Source: Sphingomonas sp. (GTDB lineage Bacteria; Pseudomonadota; Alphaproteobacteria; Sphingomonadales; Sphingomonadaceae). From it: a stretch of DNA of 44,377 nt. This document shows, piece by piece, positions 9,218-19,300 of the stretch. The stretch's first letter is position 1. Each line of letters begins with the position of its first letter. A program made the position numbers and the translations under genes. The stretch is taken from positions 1-44,377 of the forward strand of contig NZ_JAFAVR010000065.1 of assembly GCF_019242355.1 (NCBI RefSeq). Direction: 5' to 3'. The notes under the pieces were generated by a model. It made no database searches. It saw nothing but the letters and a program-made list of their open reading frames with translations, and was not told the DNA's origin.

Positions 9218-10234
9218 CTAGCGGCGTCCGCGCGCCGCACGGGCGATCGCAAGCAGTTCTTCGCCGAGCATCGCCTGGTCCGGCACGGAACTGAAGATCA
9301 ATGATCGCTCCAGCTTCCCGGCGCGCTCCGAGAGTCGGGCGAGGTCGTCTGACGACCATTGCTGAAGAAGCGTCTCGAACAACGCTTTATCCTTCCAGAA
9401 CAAGGACCTGCCGACTGACGTCATGACTGCGTCACTGCGTTCGCCGCGCTCGATCCGCGCGCGCGCGGGAGCGAGCATCAGCAGACGGCGCTGCAGCGAT
9501 CGCACCACCGGGATCGCCTCGAGCGCACCCGGCAGGCGCGCCAACTCCTGCGACAATTGCTCGATCCGCCCGGCCAGAGCCAGGTCCGCGAGGTGGAGCA
9601 ATTCGCCCTCTGGCAAAGCCGCGCCGACCGCATCGATGGCGTCGTGACCGAGAACTCGCGGGGATTGCGGCGATGCATCCACGTATAAGGCATATTTCTC
9701 GAGCTCGCGAGTCACGATCGCCTGATCGTTGCCGCAGGCATCGGCGATCCGAGCGGCAGCACCAGGCTCGACCTTGAGGCCGAAGCGCCGGCCCACGTCC
9801 GTGACCATGCGACGGGCATCCTGCCCCTCGGGGACGTAGGATTTGAAGGAGACGACCCCCGGCGCGGCTTCCGCGAGCTTAAGCAACGCGGAGGTCTTGC
9901 GGAGATCGCCGGCGATGGCGGCCACCGCCTTCTCGACCGCCGGCGCGGCGAGCAGGGCTTCGACCGCCTGAGCAATCTCGTCGCCTGCCGGCTCAATCCA
10001 CACAAGACTCTTGCCCCCGAAGAGACTCAGGGCGCCAGCCTCGTCGGTCAGGCGTGCCGGATCCGAGCGTAGCGTGCTCCCGGTGATCATCTCTCTGTTG
10101 GCACCGAGCCCGATGAGCAGCTGCTCGCCGAACCCGCGCGATTGCGCCTCGTCGGGGCCGTGGAACAGGTAGAATCGAATCGCTGGGTCGGGCTGCGCAA
10201 CCGCCCGGGAGATCGCCGCCTTGCTGGTTTTCAC
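9218..10234 (-). CDS. holA: DNA polymerase III delta subunit
   Basis: GTG start overlapping the lptE stop. FYLFHGPD, DEAGALSLFG, RELEKYALY, LFWKDK; conserved leuS-lptE-holA order. Confidence 0.9.
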   Translation of the reverse strand: MKTSKAAISRAVAQPDPAIRFYLFHGPDEAQSRGFGEQLLIGLGANREMITGSTLRSDPARLTDEAGALSLFGGKSLVWIEPAGDEIAQAVEALLAAPAVEKAVAAIAGDLRKTSALLKLAEAAPGVVSFKSYVPEGQDARRMVTDVGRRFGLKVEPGAAARIADACGNDQAIVTRELEKYALYVDASPQSPRVLGHDAIDAVGAALPEGELLHLADLALAGRIEQLSQELARLPGALEAIPVVRSLQRRLLMLAPARARIERGERSDAVMTSVGRSLFWKDKALFETLLQQWSSDDLARLSERAGKLERSLIFSSVPDQAMLGEELLAIARAARGRR

Positions 10235-10721
10235 CGCGCCGACGCGTGAAGGGCAAAGGCACCGAGGCGGGCCACAATCTGGTCGGCGACGACGTCCGAG
10301 AGATTCTCGGCGGCGGTTTGCTCGGCCGCGACGGTGGCATATTCGGAGCTGACGATGTCGATGCCGGCATCCGAACCCGCTGTTGCATCCAGGACGACCG
10401 TACCGGTGGCGAGGTCGACAAGCTGGTAACGGGCACGCAAGGTCCGCCGCTCGCGGGTCGCCGCCTGGTCGCTGCGGATGCCGAACGAGGTGATGTTGTC
10501 GTCGAGAGTGACATCCAGTCGATAGGCGGGTGGCGCAGCGCCGCCCTCGCCGAGGCGGTCGACCAGCTTGTTGTGGAGGAGCCAGCCCGTGCGCTCGGGA
10601 ATCGGCGACACCTCGACCGATCGCAACGTCGTCGCCACTGGTCCCGAGCTGCCGCCACCATAAAGAGGCTGCAGTCCGCAGGCCTGGAGCAGCGCGATCG
10701 CAGGGAGGACCAGCGAGCGCC

Positions 10722-10725
<4 letters not shown>
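10231..10725 (-). CDS. lptE: LPS-assembly lipoprotein LptE
   Basis: Lipobox LQAC followed by GLQPLYG; position between leuS and holA. Confidence 0.85.
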
Positions 10726-13241
<2,516 letters not shown>

Positions 13242-13250
13242 GCCGGCCCG

Positions 13251-13688
13251 TTACTCGGGGAGTGCGGCGCGGCGCAGATCGCGGGCCCGGGTCAGGATGA
13301 TGTCCTCGAGCTTCTGCGTCGTCGCGGCGGTGACCGGCGCATCGACCCAGGCGCCGTTCTGCTGGACCTGGCGGGCGGCAGCGACGCGAAGCGCATCGGC
13401 GCGCAGGTCCGGGTCGAGGATCGAGACCGTCAGCTTGACCCGCTCGCCGGGGGCCCGCGGACTGGTGTACCAGTCGGTGATGATGACGCCGCTGCTTGGA
13501 TCGGCCTGAAGCAGCGGGGCGAAAGACACCGTGTCCACCGCCGCTCGCCACAAATAGGCGTTGACGCCGATCGTCGTCATCCGCGCCGGCGCCAGAGCCG
13601 TGGACGGCGCGACGCGGCGGTGCGTGCATCCTCCCGTCGCCAATGCAAGGGCGATCAGTGCGGCGGCGGCTTTGGGCAGGCGGTGCAT
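13251..13688 (-). CDS. DUF3576-family outer-membrane lipoprotein
   Basis: ATG 13688 with a GAGGA SD; lipobox ATGGC; IGVNAYLWRAAVDTVSFAPL, GVIITDWY, LEDIILTRAR; upstream of leuS as is usual in Alphaproteobacteria. Confidence 0.85.
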   Translation of the reverse strand: MHRLPKAAAALIALALATGGCTHRRVAPSTALAPARMTTIGVNAYLWRAAVDTVSFAPLLQADPSSGVIITDWYTSPRAPGERVKLTVSILDPDLRADALRVAAARQVQQNGAWVDAPVTAATTQKLEDIILTRARDLRRAALPE

Positions 13689-13878
13689 TCGGTCGTCCTC
13701 GAAGAGCGTCAACGCGGTTGGCGTGCGTTATAAGAGGTCAAGGCCCGCTCGCAAGCATGTCCCGTCCCGGAGCGTGATTGTTGTGACTCAGCAACAGCGC
13801 CAGGATGAATCGATTCCGCTCATGGAACCTTCAGGCCGGCCGGACTATATCGACTCGGTAATCGGGGAGTCTGACAGG

Positions 13879-14598
13879 TTGAGTAGCCTGCGCACATCGG
13901 CGGCATTTCTGGGGGCGGCGCTCTGCGCCGTCGCCGGCATTGCGCTGTCGCCGGCGCTCGCGGCCACAAGCCAGGCTAAGAAGCGGCCGCCCGCCGTGGC
14001 GCTCAGTTTCGATCCCATTTCCTCGTTTACGCCGGCCAACGGCGACCCGCGGCTTGCGAGGGCGTTCGCCAACCGGCCGCTCTCGCTCACCGACCTGACC
14101 TTCACGCCCGCCGCGGCGAAGGGCCGTCCGTCCCAGCTGCGGGTTGCGATACGCGCCCGCGCCGTCACTCCGGCAGCGACCGGCGTCGTCGCGGCCAGCG
14201 CTCCGGCGCCCCTGACAACTCTGACTGCGACCAGCTATAATCTTGGCGTGGCGCTCGGCTGGCGACGATTTGCAGTTTCGGGCGACGTTGCGAAGACCAA
14301 GGCCGCCGACCAGGCGCTTGGCGGACGCGAGACCGCCGTCGTCGGCGTCAGCTATTCCATCCCGCGGTTTACAGGCCGGGTGGCGGTCGGTGCCGATAAG
14401 GCGGACGGCCGGCCTGTCGCCGCGCTTCGCCAAGGCGACGCCTACTCGCTGGACGTTGGCGGTTCTTATTCGCTGTCGCGGCATTTGGACCTAACCGGAG
14501 GCGTCCGCTACCAGGTGGACCGCGAGCGGCTGTCGGCCCTTCGTGACGACCGGCGCGACAGTCAGGCCGTCTACGTCGGCACCGCATTCAAGTTCTAA
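13879..14598 (+). CDS. Exported porin-like/outer-membrane beta-barrel protein
   Basis: TTG start after GGGGAG; signal peptide ending ALA; amphipathic beta strands; C-terminal beta-signal VYVGTAFKF. Start uncertain. Confidence 0.7.
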   Translation: MSSLRTSAAFLGAALCAVAGIALSPALAATSQAKKRPPAVALSFDPISSFTPANGDPRLARAFANRPLSLTDLTFTPAAAKGRPSQLRVAIRARAVTPAATGVVAASAPAPLTTLTATSYNLGVALGWRRFAVSGDVAKTKAADQALGGRETAVVGVSYSIPRFTGRVAVGADKADGRPVAALRQGDAYSLDVGGSYSLSRHLDLTGGVRYQVDRERLSALRDDRRDSQAVYVGTAFKF

Positions 14599-14600
14599 CT

Positions 14601-15158
14601 TTACTCGCCGGGGCCATCTCTCACTAGCCACGCGTCGATCCCGGCCCAGCCGTGGAATGCGCCTGCCGACAAGGCGGCGAACGCGTGTTCATCCATTCCG
14701 CCGAGCGCGATGGCCGGCACGCCTGCCGACCGCGCGATCTCCTCGGCGTGGGTGGGCCCCAGCGGCTGCCGCCCGGGATGCGACCGGGTGGCGTGAACGG
14801 GCGAGACAAAGATCAGTGCAGCGCCACGATCCCGAGCCCGGGCGGCATCGGCCATGTCGTGCACGGCCATGGATATCGGCAACGCCGACGGGCCGTCCGG
14901 ATTGTGCACGAGTGCTGCTCCGAGCTCCGCCGCGAGGACGCAATCCCGGGCAATGGCGAGCGCGATCGCGCGGGATCGGCAGGCGGCCGCAATGTCCCGC
15001 GCCAGCGTCCGCCGATCCTCTGCCGGCGTCGCATAGTGGCGGAAGACGATTCCGGACTGGCCGTCGGGGAGCCGGTCGATCGCTTCCCACAACCGCGACT
15101 CGAGCCGCTCGTCCGTCATCAGCCATTGTCTCGGCAAACGTGTCTGGCGGGCGGTCAT
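14601..15158 (-). CDS. Thiamine-phosphate synthase/TenI-family protein
   Basis: WLMTDER, GIVFRHY, AVHD, IFVSPVHATRSHP, AIALGGM; start moved to ATG 15158. Confidence 0.8.
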   Translation of the reverse strand: MTARQTRLPRQWLMTDERLESRLWEAIDRLPDGQSGIVFRHYATPAEDRRTLARDIAAACRSRAIALAIARDCVLAAELGAALVHNPDGPSALPISMAVHDMADAARARDRGAALIFVSPVHATRSHPGRQPLGPTHAEEIARSAGVPAIALGGMDEHAFAALSAGAFHGWAGIDAWLVRDGPGE

Positions 15159-15181
15159 GGGCCTTCTTATAGCGGCCTCCG
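15159..15181. promoter_or_regulatory. Putative bidirectional promoter with overlapping -10 elements
   Basis: 23-nt gap between divergent ATGs. CTTATAGC gives TATAAG 7 nt before ATG 15158 (minus) and TATAGC 8 nt before ATG 15182 (plus). Confidence 0.6.
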
Positions 15182-15838
15182 ATGAGCAACGCTGCCGGCC
15201 GCCGGCGAGACATTCTCGACACGATCTCCGCCGCGGCCCGGCTCGCACGCCGCGAGCCGGGGGACGTTCGCCTCGTCGCCGTCACCAAGGGCCGGACCCC
15301 CGATGAGATCGCGCCGCTTCTCGCGGCAGGCCAGCGGGACTTCGGCGAGAACCGGGTTCAGGAAGCGATTGCCAAATGGCCGCCGCTGATCGCCCGCAAC
15401 GAGGGCGTCCGACTGCACGCGATCGGCCGCCTGCAATCGAACAAGGCAGCCGAGGCGATACGATTGTTTGATGTCATCCACGCGCTCGACCGGACATCGC
15501 TTCTCCAGGCTCTCGTGACCGAAGCGGAGAAGGCAAGCCGATTCCCTGAAGTGTATGTCCAGGTGAACATTGGCGAGGAAGAGCAGAAGGGCGGTTGCGC
15601 GATCGGCGACGTTGGCGAGATGGTCGCCTCGGTCAGGGCCTCGCCGCTGCCACTGGCCGGGCTGATGTGCATCCCGCCGCATGAACTCGATCCCGCACCA
15701 TATTTCGCTCTGCTTGCCGAGCTTGGCCGCCGTCATGGCGTCAGTGGGCTCAGCATGGGGATGTCCGCCGACTATCGCACCGCCGTCATGCTCGGAGCGA
15801 CCGCGGTCCGCGTCGGCACGGCCTTGTTCGAGGAATGA
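15182..15838 (+). CDS. yggS: YggS/PLPBP pyridoxal-phosphate homeostasis protein
   Basis: LVAVTK (PLP lysine), FGENRVQE, IGRLQSNK, GLMCIPP, LSMGMSAD, VRVGTALF. Confidence 0.95.
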   Translation: MSNAAGRRRDILDTISAAARLARREPGDVRLVAVTKGRTPDEIAPLLAAGQRDFGENRVQEAIAKWPPLIARNEGVRLHAIGRLQSNKAAEAIRLFDVIHALDRTSLLQALVTEAEKASRFPEVYVQVNIGEEEQKGGCAIGDVGEMVASVRASPLPLAGLMCIPPHELDPAPYFALLAELGRRHGVSGLSMGMSADYRTAVMLGATAVRVGTALFEE

Positions 15839-16506
15839 CGGTGCGGCCGCGCGGACTGATCTTCGACTTCGACGGCGTGCTCCTCGAAAGCGAGTATGAG
15901 GGCAATCGTCACCTCGCCCAGCTCCTCACCGAACTTGGTCACGATCACAGCGTTGCCGAGACGAATCGGCACTATACAGGCCTTTCCGGCCCCGATTTCG
16001 TCGCCGCGATCGAGCGGCGGATCGGTACCAAGCTGCCGTTTGATTTCCATGACCGAGTGCGAGCACGCAGCCGGGTACTGCTGCGCGACGGGATTGCCGC
16101 GGTCGCGGGCGCCGTCGAGTTCGTGCGCTCGCTTCCGCGGGATCTGCCGCGCGCGGTCGCCTCGTCCAGTTCGACCCAATGGATCCGCGGCCATCTCGAG
16201 CATCTCGGCCTGGCGGAAGACTTCGGCGATCACCTCTATAGCGGACGCGAACACGTCGATCGCGGCAAGCCGCAACCGGACATCTATTTGCATGCAGCGA
16301 AGGAGATCGGCGTTCCGATCGCCGATAGCGCGATCCTCGAGGATTCGGTGGTCGGCGCCACCGGCGCGCTGGCGTCGGGCGCGCGAGTGATCGGACTTGC
16401 CGCCGGAGCCCACTGCTCCGACGGGCATGACAGGCTCCTCCAGGACGTGGGCGTTCGTGAGATCGCCTACACTTTCGACGATGTGCGGAGGCTGCTCGAA
16501 CTCTAA
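15835..16506 (+). CDS. HAD-family phosphatase (beta-PGM/CbbY-like)
   Basis: Motif I FDFDGVL, motif II VASSS, GKPQPDIY, ILEDSVVG. Confidence 0.9.
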   Translation: MTVRPRGLIFDFDGVLLESEYEGNRHLAQLLTELGHDHSVAETNRHYTGLSGPDFVAAIERRIGTKLPFDFHDRVRARSRVLLRDGIAAVAGAVEFVRSLPRDLPRAVASSSSTQWIRGHLEHLGLAEDFGDHLYSGREHVDRGKPQPDIYLHAAKEIGVPIADSAILEDSVVGATGALASGARVIGLAAGAHCSDGHDRLLQDVGVREIAYTFDDVRRLLEL

Positions 16507-17558
16507 CCCAGGTGGCCGCTGCGGCTGTGCTTGGTAGCGAGATAGTCGGCGTTGTGCGGGTTCGCCGGCATGTGATGGCCGACGCGCTCGACCACGCCGA
16601 TGCCGGCGCTTTCGAGCCCGGCGACCTTATTCGGATTGTTGGTTAGGAGCCGGATCCGATCGACGCCGAGCGCCCTCAGCATCGCCGCGGCTTCGGCATA
16701 GCCGCGCTCGTCGTCCGCGAAGCCCAGCCGCCGGTTGGCATCCACGGTGTCGAGTCCCCGGTCCTGCAAGGCATAGGCGCGGATCTTGTTGGCGATGCCG
16801 ATGCCTCGTCCTTCCTGGCGAAGATAGAGAAGGATGCCGCCTCCTGCAGCGCCGATCAGCCGCAACGCCTCCTTCAGCTGCGGGCCGCAATCACATTTCA
16901 ATGAGCCGAAGACGTCGCCGGTCAGGCATTCGCTGTGCAGGCGGACCAGCGGCGGCTGACCGCCGAACGCGCCGATTACGAGAACGACATGCTCCTGCCC
17001 GTCGGCAAGTGTGCGGAAGACCACGATCTGGGTCGGCGGCATATCATCGAGCGGCAGTTTCGCGCGGGCGAGGAGCTCAACGGCGCCGGCGCTCTTCCGG
17101 AGATCGTCGACGCTGAACGATTCGGCGCCCTCGGTCGGGGGAAGCACCCACAGGGCCGGCAGCAGCCCCGCGGACCTGGCGAGCTGGAGTCCTGTCCGGG
17201 CCACGTCGGGAAAGTCGAGTGGTCCGGGGATCAACGGCCCAATCAGGGTGCGATCGAGGTCGCGACCTGGGTCGGCGAGGGCGAGCGCCGCCGGCCCGTC
17301 GAGCCACGCCTCGCGGGCGATCAGCACCGGCACTGCGGAATCGGCGGCGTCGCGTCGATTTGCCAGTGCGAGACCGGCCGCGCGCTCACCGCTGATCAGC
17401 AACCGCGCCGCTCGATCCGAGTCGACGACCTCCAGCATGTCCGGCGTCGCTGTCTCGACCGCCAGCACGGCCATCGCTCCAACGCCGTCGATTCGCACGG
17501 GCCGGCCTGCCCGCAGAAGGGCAATCGCCCGCCGGACACGCGCAGTGGGGTCGCTCAA
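16503..17558 (-). CDS. ribA: GTP cyclohydrolase II with an N-terminal degenerate RibB-like region
   Basis: TTG start overlapping the xth stop (TTGA). VRLHSECLTGDVFGSLKCDCGPQL, YLRQEGRGIG, RLLTNNP. Confidence 0.92.
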   Translation of the reverse strand: MSDPTARVRRAIALLRAGRPVRIDGVGAMAVLAVETATPDMLEVVDSDRAARLLISGERAAGLALANRRDAADSAVPVLIAREAWLDGPAALALADPGRDLDRTLIGPLIPGPLDFPDVARTGLQLARSAGLLPALWVLPPTEGAESFSVDDLRKSAGAVELLARAKLPLDDMPPTQIVVFRTLADGQEHVVLVIGAFGGQPPLVRLHSECLTGDVFGSLKCDCGPQLKEALRLIGAAGGGILLYLRQEGRGIGIANKIRAYALQDRGLDTVDANRRLGFADDERGYAEAAAMLRALGVDRIRLLTNNPNKVAGLESAGIGVVERVGHHMPANPHNADYLATKHSRSGHLG

Positions 17559-18349
17559 GCCTCGATCTCGCAGATCAGGGGCACATGGTCGGACGGCCGT
17601 TCCCACTTTCGGCACGGCTCGAGCACGCGATGCGCCTTCAAATGACCGCCAAGCTCCGGCGACGCCCACATGTGGTCCAGTCGCCGCCCACGGTCGTTCT
17701 TGGTCCAGTCCGGCGAACGATAGCTCCACCAGGTGAAGCAGCGCTCCGGCGCCGGCACGAAGCGACGGCCAATGTCGATCCAGTCATGCGCGTCGCGCAG
17801 CCGGTTAAGCGCGTCGACCTCGACCGGCGTGTGACTGACGACATTGAGCAGCGCCTTGTGGCTCCAGACGTCGCACTCGAGCGGCGCGACGTTGAAGTCG
17901 CCCAAGATGATGGACGGCTCCTTCAAGCCTTCGGACCAGCGCGTCATTCGCTCGATGAAGTCGAGCTTCTGTCCGAACTTTGGGTTCACCAGGCGGTCCG
18001 GCGTGTCGCCGCCAGCTGGCACATAGACGTTCTCGAGCCGAATGCCGCACTCGAGTCGAACTCCGATATGGCGCGCTTCGCCATTGTCCTGCCAGTCGTG
18101 CTTGCCGGGATCGGCAAGCGGTACCCGGCTCAGAATGGCGACGCCATGGTGCATCCTCTGGCCATTCAGCTGCTGGTGGCGATAACCGTGGCCGTGGAAC
18201 AGCTCGACCGGGAAGACGTCATTGAGCGCCTTCGTCTCCTGCAGGCAGAGGATGTCCGGCTGCTCGTCGGCGATCAGACGCTCTACGAGCGCAAGACGTG
18301 CGCGCACCGAATTGATGTTCCAGGATGCGATCTTCAGCGTCTTGCTCAC
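17555..18349 (-). CDS. xth: Exodeoxyribonuclease III
   Basis: GTG start 18349. IASWNINSVR, ILCLQETK, GVAILSR, GDFNVAP, FTWWSYR, RRLDH, PSDHVP. Confidence 0.95.
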   Translation of the reverse strand: MSKTLKIASWNINSVRARLALVERLIADEQPDILCLQETKALNDVFPVELFHGHGYRHQQLNGQRMHHGVAILSRVPLADPGKHDWQDNGEARHIGVRLECGIRLENVYVPAGGDTPDRLVNPKFGQKLDFIERMTRWSEGLKEPSIILGDFNVAPLECDVWSHKALLNVVSHTPVEVDALNRLRDAHDWIDIGRRFVPAPERCFTWWSYRSPDWTKNDRGRRLDHMWASPELGGHLKAHRVLEPCRKWERPSDHVPLICEIEA

Positions 18350-18379
18350 CCGCTGCCGCTTAGCCTGTCCGCCCCGACA

Positions 18380-18490
18380 AGCAAAAGGCCCCCGCTCCGG
18401 GGGCATGGAGCGAGGGCCGCCTAGCGTTCGTCACGCAAGGGATCCGCGGCCCGGGTAACAGGGGGAAACCCCAAGCCATTGCGGATCGAT
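18380..18490 (-). ncRNA. Candidate small regulatory RNA (~105 nt, three stem-loops, ends in an intrinsic terminator)
   Basis: Minus-strand hairpins: GAUCCGC..GGCUU.GGGU-UUCCCCCUGUU-ACCCGGGCC-GCGGAUC (18441-18487), CCUUGCGU-GACGA-ACGCUAGG, and a 12-bp terminator. G.U pairs work only on the minus strand. Possible -10 TAAACG at 18495-18500. Confidence 0.6.
18383..18418 (-). terminator. Intrinsic terminator
   Basis: GGCCCUCGCUCC-AUGCCCCC-GGAGCGGGGGCC followed by UUUUGCUU. Confidence 0.8.
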
Positions 18491-18512
18491 CTTCCGTTTA
18501 CGCGGGCTCGCC

Positions 18513-18539
18513 TGACGCAGCGATGAACAAGTCCCGAAC
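18513..18539. promoter_or_regulatory. 11-bp-period direct repeats (TGA-N8-TGA overlapping GAAC-N7-GAAC)
   Basis: TGAcgcagcgaTGA (18513-18526) and GAACaagtcccGAAC (18525-18539), immediately upstream of the candidate sRNA. Confidence 0.5.
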
Positions 18540-18571
18540 TGAAACGGACTTTTCCCCGTCTTGCCCCGCTT

Positions 18572-19189
18572 TCAACGCGCTTTGACCGGCATCCTGAAGG
18601 TGAAGGCGCCGTCGGGCACTGGCACGTTATAGCGAACATTGGACAGCCGGACGGTCGTTCGCTTGTTCTGCGCATCGATCGCCGTCCAGCCGTAGAGCTG
18701 AAGGCCCGCCGGCGCCGACGGCGAGCGCAGGAAGGCCAGGACCAGCGTGCCCGTGCCGATGATGCCGCTGCCGCTGGTGCGCACGACGACGATGCGCTTA
18801 TCGGGATTGGGTACGAGGTGGCCGATGCGCCTCACGTCCGGATTCGCGGCCAGAAGCATGCCGAGCGGCGTCTTGTTGATGTCCCAGCTGTTCTTCTGCC
18901 CGACCTGGTAATCCAGGAACCACAGCCTCTTGCCGTCGCCGACCAGAAGCAGGTCGCCGCTGCCGTACTGGAATCGGATGTGCCCCGGTCGCTTAAGCTG
19001 GAGCGTACCGGCAGCCGAACGACCCTGCGCATCGGTCTGGACGAAGTCGGCGGTCATTGTCTGGACGGTGGAGATGTGGTCGCGAACGTGGCTGAGGTCG
19101 GCGCTGTCCTGCGCGGCGCCGGCGGGCACGGCCCCGGCAACGATCGCCACGGGCGCGGCCACGCGCGCGAAACTCCTTGCGAAACTCAT
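18572..19189 (-). CDS. lolA: Outer-membrane lipoprotein carrier protein LolA
   Basis: ATG 19189 with a GGAG SD; signal peptide; TMTADFVQTD, GTLQLKRPGHIRFQY, LLVGDG, TPLGMLL; downstream of ftsK. Confidence 0.93.
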   Translation of the reverse strand: MSFARSFARVAAPVAIVAGAVPAGAAQDSADLSHVRDHISTVQTMTADFVQTDAQGRSAAGTLQLKRPGHIRFQYGSGDLLLVGDGKRLWFLDYQVGQKNSWDINKTPLGMLLAANPDVRRIGHLVPNPDKRIVVVRTSGSGIIGTGTLVLAFLRSPSAPAGLQLYGWTAIDAQNKRTTVRLSNVRYNVPVPDGAFTFRMPVKAR

Positions 19190-19234
19190 CTGCGACACTC
19201 CGGGATTTGGCAGGCCGGACTGGCCATCCGCCAT

Positions 19235-19248
19235 TGAATGCGCACTGA
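19235..19248. promoter_or_regulatory. TGA-N8-TGA direct repeat upstream of lolA (CenR-like box)
   Basis: TGAatgcgcacTGA, i.e. TTCAG-N6-TTCAA on the lolA coding strand; same orientation as the box before the candidate sRNA. Confidence 0.5.
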
Positions 19249-19300
19249 ACTTGGCAGTTCCGTGCGGTTCAGGAACGGTTTTTGGCTCAGGTCGCGGGCA

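Noticed and set aside
19257-19270. GTTC-N6-GTTC upstream of lolA as a LexA box
   Set aside because: The spacer is 6 nt rather than the required 7.
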